Shown: one piece after another, positions 46,329 through 55,230 of the stretch
How the letters are laid out: each line of letters begins with the position of its first letter
Position numbering within the stretch: the first letter of the stretch is position 1
Assembly: GCA_046052065.1 (NCBI GenBank)
Contig: JBJOND010000002.1
Location: 31,224-95,223 of the forward strand
Direction: 5' to 3'
DNA: 64,000 bases
Source of the DNA: Bacteroidota bacterium
Lineage (GTDB): Bacteria; Bacteroidota; Bacteroidia; AKYH767-A; OLB10
Made by a program: the position numbers and the translations under genes
Notes under the pieces: generated by a model
What the model was told of the DNA's origin: nothing
Database searches by the model: none
What the model saw: the letters and a program-made list of their open reading frames with translations, nothing else

Positions 46329-47036
46329 TTATAATTTCAACGCACTTTCTAACGCCAGCTCTATCATAGGCTTTAGTGATCGCTCTCGATCATCGGCTGA
46401 GATTTCTTCTCCTGTGGGAATAACATCAGATACCGTTAGTAAGGTAGCTGCTGATTTTCCTAAGTACATCGCGTTAGCGAATAAAGCAAATGCTTCCATT
46501 TCTACTACCAAGCAATTATGTTCTTTAACTACAGCTGGTAGTTCCTTCGACTTACGATAAAAAATATCACTAGAATGTACTGCTCCACTACGAATATTCA
46601 TATTCATGTCCGCAGCTGTTTCATTAATTACATCGTATGCATTTCCAACATGCTTTAAGGCATTACCTGGAATTTCAAAAGCATATTGAGCATAGGTCGA
46701 TTCACTACAAGCTACATCTGCATTAATCACATCGTAAACTCCAATTTCAGGATAATAAGAACCTGCAGTACCAATGCGGATGATACAATCGACATCATAT
46801 TCACTAAACAACTCGAAAGAATAAATTCCTATAGATGCGCAACCCATTCCGCTAGCGCCAACTGTGACGCGTTTTCCCTTATAAGTTCCAGTGTAATAAT
46901 AAACATTACGTGTGCTGCTTACTAAAACAACATCTTCTAACCAGTTTTCTGCAATATACTTTGCTCTTAATGGATCACCTGGCATTAAAACTACCGATGC
47001 TATCTCCCCTTTCTTCGCTTTTATATGTACGCTCAT
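46329..47036 (-). CDS. deoD: Purine nucleoside phosphorylase, DeoD type
   Basis: VVLMPGDPLRAKYIAENWLED and FTGTYKG-like YTGTYKGKRVTV, collinear with E. coli DeoD as I remember it. Confidence 0.93.
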   Translation of the reverse strand: MSVHIKAKKGEIASVVLMPGDPLRAKYIAENWLEDVVLVSSTRNVYYYTGTYKGKRVTVGASGMGCASIGIYSFELFSEYDVDCIIRIGTAGSYYPEIGVYDVINADVACSESTYAQYAFEIPGNALKHVGNAYDVINETAADMNMNIRSGAVHSSDIFYRKSKELPAVVKEHNCLVVEMEAFALFANAMYLGKSAATLLTVSDVIPTGEEISADDRERSLKPMIELALESALKL

Positions 47037-47079
47037 TCTTTAAAAATTTACTTCACGAATGTACTGAAAAATCAATACA

Positions 47080-47119
47080 ATAATAAAAAGAAACAGTCCC
47101 GAGTTAACCTTGGGACTGT
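47080..47119 (-). terminator. Intrinsic terminator after the PKD/T9SS gene
   Basis: ACAGTCCC (47093-47100) / GGGACTGT (47112-47119) hairpin. On the minus strand it is followed by TTCTTTTTATTA. Confidence 0.75.
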
Positions 47120-47140
47120 CTTACTATTAGGATGAGAATT

Positions 47141-47995
47141 TTATTTATTAATTATTACTTTTTCTTGAACACTTACATTATTACCAGTCACTGTCATGAT
47201 GTAAACACCGTTAGGTAATTCATTTACCTCCATGGTTACTCTTTGTGCATCGCCATTCACAATTTGATTGACTATACGCCCTTCAACTGTAGATAATTGG
47301 ATTGACTCGTTACCACTTAAATTATTGATGGTAATATTATCTTTTGCAGGATTGGGAAATAAAGATATTTTAGAAACATTGTTTTCATTCACTCCTAAAA
47401 CAACTGGCACAATAATATCTTCACACCATGTAAAAGAATTTCCAAGACTATCAAATGTTGAAGCACAAACAGTATAAGTTCCAGAAGCGGTGAATGTATG
47501 AGTAGGATTTACCCCAGCTGATGCTGTTCCATCGCCAAAACTCCAAGCATAACTCCATGCACTTGTTGCGCAGCTGTTGTACAACGCAAAGGTATAGGTA
47601 TTACTTTGTGATAAACTTTGAATAGCAGTAAAAACAGGTGTACATGGATTAGAAAGCGTGTTTACGTTAACGGTCTTGCAGATATAGTCGTTGCACTGAT
47701 TTCCATCAAACACATTCAAACAAACTTTATAAGAACCATTTTGATATAAGTGTTGCGGAACCATCGAACCACTCGTTCCACCATCACCAAACTCCCAGTT
47801 GTAATACAAATCCGGATCAGAACTTATAGGACGAAAAGATACCATCCCATAACTATCGATGGCATAGGCGAAGTCAGCTGTGCACAACGATTGCGAATTT
47901 ACACTCGAAGAATTTCCACTTTGAGCGAATGACGTTAAACTACTTAAAGAAATTGTTGTAACGGCAAGTGCGATGTTTAATAAAATTTTTCTCAT
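47141..47995 (-). CDS. Secreted protein with two PKD domains and a T9SS type-A CTD
   Basis: Signal peptide. WEFGDGGTSGSMVPQHLYQNGSYKVCL and WSFGDGTASAGVNPTHTFTASGTYTVC. C-terminus is LFPNPAKDNITI...GVYIMTV. Confidence 0.85.
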   Translation of the reverse strand: MRKILLNIALAVTTISLSSLTSFAQSGNSSSVNSQSLCTADFAYAIDSYGMVSFRPISSDPDLYYNWEFGDGGTSGSMVPQHLYQNGSYKVCLNVFDGNQCNDYICKTVNVNTLSNPCTPVFTAIQSLSQSNTYTFALYNSCATSAWSYAWSFGDGTASAGVNPTHTFTASGTYTVCASTFDSLGNSFTWCEDIIVPVVLGVNENNVSKISLFPNPAKDNITINNLSGNESIQLSTVEGRIVNQIVNGDAQRVTMEVNELPNGVYIMTVTGNNVSVQEKVIINK

Positions 47996-48357
47996 ATTCC
48001 GATTAATTAATTTGTTATGACCTTTTAACCCTTAAAGCTTTTTATATGTTACCCGTATAAGTATAGAAAATGAGGCAATTTCGAATGAAAATGAATGATT
48101 CGATTACAATTTTATCGCTCAACGATTAAAGATTAATTGTTAATAACGAATTAGCCTTACTATTTTAAAATCAAGAATAGAAATGCTCATTAAGCCATTT
48201 GCGAAAAGTGAAACTTTATTAACAAAAATGACTTGCAATTTCGCAGTTAAAAATTTATAAATCTTACAAATCAAACAATTTATGACTAAAATAAAAAAAC
48301 GCGTAAAACGACCCCAAATTCTTAAAACATTATCATAGAATAGTTGTTTAGAGTAGT

Positions 48358-49044
48358 ATGAAAAACATCCTACTAATTGGAGCTGCTTCAGCAATTGCAA
48401 AAAAGCTAAACGAAGATTTAAATCAGAAAAATTATACTGTATACACTATATCAAGAACACCACTTGAATCATCCAATCATTTTACCTACGAAGGTTCAAT
48501 TATAGATTGTGAATTACCTGCATTTGATATTCCGTTAGACGGCTTAGTTTATTTTCCTGGAACTATTAATTTAAAGCCTTTTAAATCTTTAAAGACCAGT
48601 GATGTTCAACAGGAATTTGAAATTAATGCACTTGGTGCTTTTAGATGCATACAACATTACATAAAGAATCTAACAATGGCTGAAAATGCCTCTGTTGTAT
48701 TGTTTAGCTCTGTTGCGGCACAAACAGGGATGCCTTTTCATAGCAGTATTTCGATTAGCAAGGCAGCGGTAGAAGGACTTACACGTTCATTAGCAGCTGA
48801 ATTAGCACCTAAGATTAGAGTCAATTGCATTGCACCTTCATTAACCGAAACCCCTTTGGCTGGCCGATTAATTAATACACCTGAAAAAATTGAACAAAGT
48901 GGTAAAAGACATCCTCTTCAACGAATAGGAAACACGAACGACATTGCAAGCATGGCAGCATTTTTATTATCTGATGATAGCAGCTGGATGTCAGGACAAG
49001 TATTAAAAATTGATGGTGGAATGTCGACATTAAAGACAAACTAA
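48358..49044 (+). CDS. Short-chain dehydrogenase/reductase (SDR) family oxidoreductase
   Basis: N-terminal LLIGAASAIA dinucleotide motif, active-site SISKAAVEGL context in place of the classical YxxxK, IRVNCIAPS, and a GQVLKIDGG C-terminus. Confidence 0.8.
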   Translation: MKNILLIGAASAIAKKLNEDLNQKNYTVYTISRTPLESSNHFTYEGSIIDCELPAFDIPLDGLVYFPGTINLKPFKSLKTSDVQQEFEINALGAFRCIQHYIKNLTMAENASVVLFSSVAAQTGMPFHSSISISKAAVEGLTRSLAAELAPKIRVNCIAPSLTETPLAGRLINTPEKIEQSGKRHPLQRIGNTNDIASMAAFLLSDDSSWMSGQVLKIDGGMSTLKTN

Positions 49045-49316
49045 TGAAAACAACTCTTTCAGACGAAAACAAAGATCGCATTATCGAAATGGCTTGGGAG
49101 GATAGAACTCCTTTTGATGCCATCAAAGTTCAATTCGGATTAAGAGAACAAGATGTGCGTAATCTGATGAAAGCTTCATTAAAGCATAGCAGTTATGTGC
49201 TGTGGAGAAAGCGAGTAGAGAGTTGCGCGACGAAACATCGTTCAAAAAGAAATGAATCGATTAAACGATTTAAGTGTACTAGACAAAAGGCGATTAGTAA
49301 TAATAAGGTTACTTAA
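49044..49316 (+). CDS. TIGR03643/DUF2805-family small protein
   Basis: IIEMAWEDRTPFDAIKVQFGLREQDVRNLMK matches my memory of this family. The start overlaps the SDR gene's stop by 1 nt (TAATG). Confidence 0.6.
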   Translation: MKTTLSDENKDRIIEMAWEDRTPFDAIKVQFGLREQDVRNLMKASLKHSSYVLWRKRVESCATKHRSKRNESIKRFKCTRQKAISNNKVT

Positions 49317-49365
49317 TTTAAACCAAATAAAACAATTTTGTTGATTTTTCTTACGTTGATGTCAA

Positions 49366-49731
49366 ATGAAGTTTTTTCATTTTGAATCGGACTATAGAAA
49401 TAAATTTTCTATAGTTACTGCTATTCCTTTCTTATGGATTATATTGACTTATCTATTCATGATTTTATTTTATCTTGAACATAAGCGATTACCTATCCCT
49501 TCAATCGATGACCCAAAAAATGAATCATATAGTTTTCTTTATCTGATAATTGCATCTGGCTTTTTTATAGCGCTACTATCCTATTTTTACAGTATAATTG
49601 AAATCCTTGGAAAGTTAAATAATCAAGAAATTAAATTAGGCAGAAAAATAATTCTTGTTGTGAGCACATTGCTATTTGCAATTCAATTAAAATATGACCC
49701 ATTTAGTTTGATAGAATGGATTGGTGATTAA
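49366..49731 (+). CDS. Hypothetical three-TM membrane protein
   Basis: 121 aa with three hydrophobic helices. I recognise no family. Confidence 0.45.
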   Translation: MKFFHFESDYRNKFSIVTAIPFLWIILTYLFMILFYLEHKRLPIPSIDDPKNESYSFLYLIIASGFFIALLSYFYSIIEILGKLNNQEIKLGRKIILVVSTLLFAIQLKYDPFSLIEWIGD

Positions 49732-49735
49732 ATTA

Positions 49736-50434
49736 TCACCTCACCGTAATATGCAAACAACCATGGGTTCTTTCATATTTCACATAACACTTATCATCCT
49801 CACGCATCTTCTTTAAAGCTTGCACAAGTGCATCCAATTGAGCTGTATTATTTCCAAAACGGACATAACTTATATCAATTGTTTTTCCATGCAAATGGGC
49901 TGAATTTGTCACCGCATTTACATTGTTTCCCATTAGCTGTCTTGCAGACCTTCGGGATCTTGTTGCACTCGTAATTTCAAAACGCACATAGTTTAAATCA
50001 CCCAGCTCTGATTTATAATTATTGACTAACTTATCTAAGAACAATTCAACCTTTGGTAAAACATATGGACGTGAAAAATCCATATCGCTGATAATGTAAT
50101 TATCATTCGTTTTTAATTCAATCAATACCCCATTGTCTTTTAATTTATCTAAATCTTTCAGCTCCTTTTGAGGCTTAATAACATTCTTCTTTAATGCGAG
50201 CTCGTGCGTTTTAACCTTATCGTTAAAATACTGATCACAATTTTTACAGGCAGCACTTTTTCGAGATTTTGAACCAATATATGATTTGACTTCATACTTC
50301 AATAATCCGCGATAAAGAAAAAGAAAAATCAGCAGTACAAGTCCTAGACTTATTAATACAATCCTTAAAATGGACTTATCTCTTTTCACTACTTTTATTT
50401 GTAAAATACACTTCGTAAAACAACCATGAAGCAA
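49736..50434 (-). CDS. DUF5715-like protein with a VanY/M15-type peptidase signature and an N-terminal TM anchor
   Basis: ITSATRSRRSARQL...NSAHLHGKTIDISY resembles the SxHxxGxAxD metal site of M15/DUF5715. The start is uncertain: the track start overlaps the upstream gene by 59 nt, and an alternative GTG lies at 50389. Confidence 0.55.
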   Translation of the reverse strand: MLHGCFTKCILQIKVVKRDKSILRIVLISLGLVLLIFLFLYRGLLKYEVKSYIGSKSRKSAACKNCDQYFNDKVKTHELALKKNVIKPQKELKDLDKLKDNGVLIELKTNDNYIISDMDFSRPYVLPKVELFLDKLVNNYKSELGDLNYVRFEITSATRSRRSARQLMGNNVNAVTNSAHLHGKTIDISYVRFGNNTAQLDALVQALKKMREDDKCYVKYERTHGCLHITVR

Positions 50435-50678
50435 CTAATACATCAATCACCAACCAAAAAGACCGGTCGAAGTGGACTTTATAAAAAGGTTGAAACAAGA
50501 AAGATAAAAATAGATACAATACAACTTTCGGCTTTTTAGATGCATAAGCCTGGAAGGCTAAAATGCCAAATCCAAAAGTAGCAGCATAACGAACAAATAA
50601 ATAATAACTATAGGGAAACGGAATCAGACAGAGTAAGAGAATTACTGCAAGAAAAACTTTTATATCTCGTATTTTCAT
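50376..50678 (-). CDS. Small multi-TM membrane protein (DUF6804-like)
   Basis: 100 aa with three hydrophobic helices. Pattern FQPFYKVHFDRSFWLVIDVLVA. Confidence 0.45.
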   Translation of the reverse strand: MKIRDIKVFLAVILLLCLIPFPYSYYLFVRYAATFGFGILAFQAYASKKPKVVLYLFLSFLFQPFYKVHFDRSFWLVIDVLVASWLFYEVYFTNKSSEKR

Positions 50679-50699
50679 AGAACTAAAATAATAAAAATA

Positions 50700-51809
50700 T
50701 TATTTAAACTTTTTCAAATACCATATATTTAACCAATATCGCGTCCTGGTCAAATAATAATCATTGGGTAAACCTTCGTAATCCAAATAAACAGCATCTT
50801 TAAATTGGTAGGATTGCGCTGGTTCAATCTGCGTTCCTTCATGCCATTCATTAAATGAGGTGACCGCTATCCAATCAAGCTTGCAATTGATAGCCTCCTC
50901 AAAAAAACGATCATAATACCTACCCTTTTCTCTATCCTTTGTATTCTTTTTGTTCCATGGTCGGATGCGATTATCGTTGTAACCTGGACCAACAGATGGA
51001 ATAAATTTCAACTTATTTTCCTTTGCAAAAGCATTTAAATAATTCCAATTATCCGGATTAGCACCATAGGTAAAACCGCGACTTGCAAAGTAAGTATAGA
51101 TACCATCGAATCCTGCCTTTTGAAAAAATGCAGTATCCTCTTTCCAACAAAATAATCCAATTACATCTGAATCGTACTTGGTATTTCTAAATAAGAGTTC
51201 ATCGTTTGCTTTGCTTAAAACGTTAATCCACTCACTAGCTGGTATCATATAGGAATCATACACAAAGAACATTGGCTTCTTTGTCTTTTCTTCACGATAA
51301 AAAGCAGCCTCCTTGCCAAATTGATTAATAAGAAAAATCATTTGCTCCACCGTCATCATTGCTGTTTTTCGAACACATGGCTCTATTTGAAAACATATCT
51401 TTAAATTAGATTGAGCAGCATATTTAAAAATTGCTGGCAAACTTTTATAGGTATAGTCCGATTCACCTAGCCATGTAACTGCTACAATACTAAACCCTGC
51501 AGCAGCCATCTGTTGCATGTGCTTTTTAATAACTAATGAGTCTGCACTCGAATACTCTCCTAGCTCAGGATAATAATTCGCTCCAATGTCGCCATTACCT
51601 AGAAACAACTTGCTAGTTGTATCCTTATCATTTTCGGGCATCACCGGATGTTTCCAATGGTAATTTTCGTTGTCGATCGACTTACTTCCATACCAGTTGT
51701 AATAAAAGCAAACAGAATGTGGAATTTGTTGCGCACTTGAATGATATGAAATCATCAAGCATAAAATGAGTAACTTCGTAATGCAATTAATTGGTTGCCA
51801 AAAATTCAT
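50700..51809 (-). CDS. Glycoside hydrolase family 99-like (endo-alpha-mannosidase/mannanase fold), secreted
   Basis: Signal peptide. VCFYYNWYG near the N-terminus and VTSFNEWHEGTQIEPA near the C-terminus, both hallmark GH99 segments. Confidence 0.7.
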   Translation of the reverse strand: MNFWQPINCITKLLILCLMISYHSSAQQIPHSVCFYYNWYGSKSIDNENYHWKHPVMPENDKDTTSKLFLGNGDIGANYYPELGEYSSADSLVIKKHMQQMAAAGFSIVAVTWLGESDYTYKSLPAIFKYAAQSNLKICFQIEPCVRKTAMMTVEQMIFLINQFGKEAAFYREEKTKKPMFFVYDSYMIPASEWINVLSKANDELLFRNTKYDSDVIGLFCWKEDTAFFQKAGFDGIYTYFASRGFTYGANPDNWNYLNAFAKENKLKFIPSVGPGYNDNRIRPWNKKNTKDREKGRYYDRFFEEAINCKLDWIAVTSFNEWHEGTQIEPAQSYQFKDAVYLDYEGLPNDYYLTRTRYWLNIWYLKKFK

Positions 51810-51813
51810 TGAG

Positions 51814-51821
51814 CAAATTTA
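51814..51821 (-). promoter_or_regulatory. -7 box (TAAATTTG on the minus strand) 4 nt upstream of the GH99 ATG
   Basis: Exact TAnnTTTG match. Leaderless-type geometry. Confidence 0.35.
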
Positions 51822-51879
51822 AAATTATCTCTGAATTACAACACAAGTTAACTAAAGTAAAAGGCACTAATTCAGACTG

Positions 51880-52545
51880 ATGAAAACACGATTAATAGCA
51901 GGACTATCATTTTGCATTTGCTGGATGATTAATTCAAATACAGCTGCACAAACTTTTCCTATTGTAATCATCTATCATCAAAAGGAAATACTGCTAAACG
52001 ATACTTCCATTTCAAAAAATTTTCAAATCAATAATTTCAAATTTTATTTATCGAATATTAGATTATACAATACAAACTTACTTGTTGACGAAGAACTCAA
52101 TAGTTATCATCTAATCGATTTACTAGACACATCAAAAAACAAGTTGAAGCTTAGAAGAACTAACAATAACCCTTTCAATCGAATTGAGTTCAATTTAGGC
52201 ATTGATTCAGCCACTAATGTTTCAGGAGCTTTGGAGGGCGATTTAGACCCTACAAACAATATGTATTGGACTTGGCAAAGTGGTTATATCAATCTGAAGT
52301 TTGAAGGAATAATTGATAACAGCGATTATAGAGAATATCACTTAGGAGGATATGCCCATCCTAACAATGCACTTCAAAAAGTTAGTTTTAAAATGAATAG
52401 TTCCGCTAACACTATCATTTACATTCACCTTGATAATTTTATTCATTCCATACCTGATTCGATTCCATTTAAATTTATGACGCCTGATCCTAAAGCAGTT
52501 TATTTATCTCAGTTATTTGCTAAATGTTTGTCGATTGAAAAATAA
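51880..52545 (+). CDS. mbnP: MbnP-family (putative copper-binding) periplasmic protein
   Basis: Signal peptide. FKFYLSNIRLY and DPTNNMYWTWQSGYINLKFEG segments as I remember them for MbnP. It lies immediately upstream of a di-haem peroxidase gene, the canonical MbnPH arrangement. Confidence 0.6.
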   Translation: MKTRLIAGLSFCICWMINSNTAAQTFPIVIIYHQKEILLNDTSISKNFQINNFKFYLSNIRLYNTNLLVDEELNSYHLIDLLDTSKNKLKLRRTNNNPFNRIEFNLGIDSATNVSGALEGDLDPTNNMYWTWQSGYINLKFEGIIDNSDYREYHLGGYAHPNNALQKVSFKMNSSANTIIYIHLDNFIHSIPDSIPFKFMTPDPKAVYLSQLFAKCLSIEK

Positions 52546-53569
52546 AATAGCATTTACCTGTTTACTGATTTTTTTTTCATTGCTGATGCTTAGCCTTCAG
52601 CAGAATAATTCTAATAATTTTGAATGGCCATCTAAAGTTTACAAGTCAGATTCAAATTGTATTGATGAACTTCAATTCCTAGGAAAAGTTTTGTTTTATG
52701 ATCCTGTTTTGTCATTAGATAGCAGTACAAGTTGTTCCTCTTGTCATTCGCCTTTTAATGCTTTCGCACATACTGATCATACATTGAGTCATGGAATCGA
52801 TAATAAAATCGGGTTCAGAAATGCTCCTGCATTATTCAATCTGGCTTATCAACCAAATTTTATGTGGGATGGTGCCATAAATCACCTCGACATGCAGTCT
52901 TTAGCGCCCATCACAAATCCAGATGAAATGCATGAATCAATTGCGCATGTTGTAGAGAAATTAAACACTCAACAATTCTATCGCACACTTTATTATCAAG
53001 CTTTTAAGGATTCCGTCATTTCAGGTACAAAGACATTAAAAGCAATTGCAGCGTTCTTAGCATCCATCGAAAGTAAAAATGCTAAATACGATTTAGTGAT
53101 GAATGGAGAAACCCAATTTACGCTACAAGAAAAAAATGGACTTGAATTGTTTTCAAAGCATTGTACGAGTTGTCATACTCCACCATTGTTTACCAATTAT
53201 GCATTTAAAAACAACGGTTTGATGCCAGATGCTGTTTTAAAAGATGGAGGAAGAATTCGTCAAACGAAACAACCAAATGATTCATTAAAATTTAGAGTCC
53301 CTACCCTACGCAATATTGAATATACTTTCCCATACATGCATGATGGACGCTATAAAACGCTGACGGAAGTTTTGAACTTCTACATTGGCAACACTCATAA
53401 AAATCCGATGATGGCGAATGAATTAAATACAGTAACTTATATAAGCGCAAATGAAAAAGTTGATCTTACTGCATTTCTACTGACATTAAGCGATAAGCAA
53501 TTTCTTTTTGATAAGCGATATGCCTATCCGAAAGCTCAAATCGACTCTCTAAGAATTATTAATCAGTAA
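52517..53569 (+). CDS. mbnH: Di-haem cytochrome c peroxidase / MauG-family protein (MbnH-like)
   Basis: Two haem motifs CSSCH and CTSCH. PTLRNIEYTFPYMHDGRYKTLTEVLNFY is typical of the CCP/MauG family. The start is uncertain: TTG at 52517, TTG at 52535 (MKNKIAF...) or ATG at 52586. Confidence 0.85.
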   Translation: MLNVCRLKNKIAFTCLLIFFSLLMLSLQQNNSNNFEWPSKVYKSDSNCIDELQFLGKVLFYDPVLSLDSSTSCSSCHSPFNAFAHTDHTLSHGIDNKIGFRNAPALFNLAYQPNFMWDGAINHLDMQSLAPITNPDEMHESIAHVVEKLNTQQFYRTLYYQAFKDSVISGTKTLKAIAAFLASIESKNAKYDLVMNGETQFTLQEKNGLELFSKHCTSCHTPPLFTNYAFKNNGLMPDAVLKDGGRIRQTKQPNDSLKFRVPTLRNIEYTFPYMHDGRYKTLTEVLNFYIGNTHKNPMMANELNTVTYISANEKVDLTAFLLTLSDKQFLFDKRYAYPKAQIDSLRIINQ

Positions 53570-53627
53570 TTGTCGCAAGTAAAAAAACCATATGGCTACT
53601 AAGTCAATTCATATAACCTATTCAAAC

Positions 53628-55001
53628 ATGAAAAAACTAATTTTAACAGTAACGCTATCATTTATTGGTTCGATCACGTTAGCTCAAGGACCAGAAATCA
53701 CTTCTTGGTTGCTGAACACAAACGGGGCTTTAGGACGACATTATGTGAATGGCAATTCAACTCCAATTCAAGATGCTGATTCTGTAAATGTCAAAACAGT
53801 TTTATATTCGACTAATTGGGTATATGTGAGAGCCAATGGAGTACCTTCCTATATTACAGGTCCTTTTTTAGATGGTAATCCTTCTTTTACAACAAGTCAA
53901 AATGCAATTTTAAAAATAGCTAGAAATCCTGTACAAAATACAGGTACTTCTACTGCTACCAATGGAGGCAACATCGGAATTTTCATTAATGGAGTAGCGT
54001 TATTTGACTATCGTGATGGTGTTGCTTGGAATGCTACTTCCAATTCACTTTGCGGAGGTCCGGGTAATCCTCCTTGTCCTGGTGGACCTGGAGCATCGAT
54101 GGATTGGAATAGAGATGCTATTCGTGCAGAAAGAGCAGGATTCGATTGTGCAAAAGGACATCCTGCAATGGGTAATTATCATCATCATCAAAATCCGAGT
54201 GCTTTTAATCTTGATTTGAATGTAATTTCTACGATTTGTAATTTATATGCTGCTGATGGATTATATGTGATTGATAGCACTACACATTCACCATTGATTG
54301 GCTATGCTTATGATGGATTTCCAATATACGGTGCTTATGGCTATCAAAACACCAATGGTACAGGTGGAATTGTAAGAATGAAATCAGGATATCATTTACG
54401 TAACATCACAACAAGAACTACGAGCCCAACAGGCGCAACAGTTACTGCGGGTCCTGTTGTAAACACAACCTATCCCTTAGGTTATTTTAGAGAAGATTAT
54501 GAATACATTGCTGCTCCAGGACAACAAGATGTATTAGATGTTCACAATGGAAGATTTTGTGTAACGCCAGAATATCCTAATGGTATCTATTGTTATTTCG
54601 CAACTGTTGATTCAGTTTGGAATTCTGCTTATCCGTATGTGATTGGCCCTACTTTTTACGGAACAAAAACAGGAATAAAAGTAAATTCTATTACAGAACC
54701 TGTTTCTGTTTACACACCTGGTACATCCGGAATAAATGAAACTACTAACAATAATATTTACTTTAACGCATACCCTAATCCTTCTTCTGAATTTATAGCG
54801 GTACAGTTTAGCGGATTATTGCGAGAAGATATAACGGTGAGCCTATACGATTTAAACGGAAGATTACTTCAAGCACAAACGGTAGTTGCAGGAAGCACTA
54901 TTGGCTATTTTGATGTGAGAACTTTGTATGCTGGGGAGTATATTTTGAAGTGTACTAATGATGAGTTTACTAGTCAGAAAAGAATTACCATTATAAAATA
55001 A
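53628..55001 (+). CDS. YHYH-domain protein with a T9SS type-A CTD
   Basis: Signal peptide MKKLILTVTL. GHPAMGNYHHHQNP (YHYH-type motif) and GYAYDGFPIYG. C-terminus is AYPNPSSEFIAV...GEYILKC. The ATG at 53628 is used. Confidence 0.75.
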   Translation: MKKLILTVTLSFIGSITLAQGPEITSWLLNTNGALGRHYVNGNSTPIQDADSVNVKTVLYSTNWVYVRANGVPSYITGPFLDGNPSFTTSQNAILKIARNPVQNTGTSTATNGGNIGIFINGVALFDYRDGVAWNATSNSLCGGPGNPPCPGGPGASMDWNRDAIRAERAGFDCAKGHPAMGNYHHHQNPSAFNLDLNVISTICNLYAADGLYVIDSTTHSPLIGYAYDGFPIYGAYGYQNTNGTGGIVRMKSGYHLRNITTRTTSPTGATVTAGPVVNTTYPLGYFREDYEYIAAPGQQDVLDVHNGRFCVTPEYPNGIYCYFATVDSVWNSAYPYVIGPTFYGTKTGIKVNSITEPVSVYTPGTSGINETTNNNIYFNAYPNPSSEFIAVQFSGLLREDITVSLYDLNGRLLQAQTVVAGSTIGYFDVRTLYAGEYILKCTNDEFTSQKRITIIK

Positions 55002-55020
55002 GTACAAAACTTGAAAATTT

Positions 55021-55100
55021 GCTCGCGAGGAGGTCCCTGAGGGACTCGAAAGGCTTCGCGATGTGCTAATATGCTACCGATCCCGATGAATCGGGACTGG
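55021..55100 (+). ncRNA. Candidate structured RNA element of unknown family (GC-rich nested hairpins)
   Basis: Helices 55023-55030/55054-55061, 55032-55037/55041-55046 and 55077-55086/55091-55100, in a locally GC-rich stretch of an AT-rich genome. The strand is assigned only from the orientation of the downstream terminators. Confidence 0.3.
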
Positions 55101-55115
55101 ATTGACTAATAAAAC

Positions 55116-55148
55116 AAAATCCGCTTTCTTTATTTGAGAGTGGATTTT
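55116..55148. terminator. A/T-flanked hairpin (possible first terminator of the YHYH transcript)
   Basis: AAAATCCGCT / AGTGGATTTT, a 10-bp stem with one G-U and a 13-nt loop. Confidence 0.4.
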
Positions 55149-55200
55149 ACATCAAGGATATGTTTAAACCCATCCTTGATTAAATAAAAAATCATTTATC

Positions 55201-55230
55201 AGGGAAAGGTTTAAACCTTTCCCTTTTTTA
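55201..55230 (+). terminator. Strong intrinsic terminator
   Basis: AGGGAAAGG-TTTAAA-CCTTTCCCT followed by T6. Confidence 0.8.

Noticed and set aside
48140-48400. 86-aa minus-strand ORF filling the intergenic region upstream of the SDR gene. Several 18-25-codon + strand mini-ORFs also lie in 47996-48357, for example MTKIKKRVKRPQILKTLS.
   Set aside because: The 86-aa ORF overlaps the SDR start, has an AT-rich codon composition, and has no recognisable motif, signal or promoter box. The mini-ORFs are what is expected by chance in 360 nt of AT-rich DNA.
52517-52545. 29-nt overlap between the MbnP-like and MbnH-like ORFs, considered as a possible frameshift or fusion
   Set aside because: The overlap depends on a TTG start chosen by the ORF track. 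An in-frame TTG at 52535 (MKNKIAF..., good signal peptide) or the ATG at 52586 gives a normal short overlap or gap. There is no evidence for recoding.
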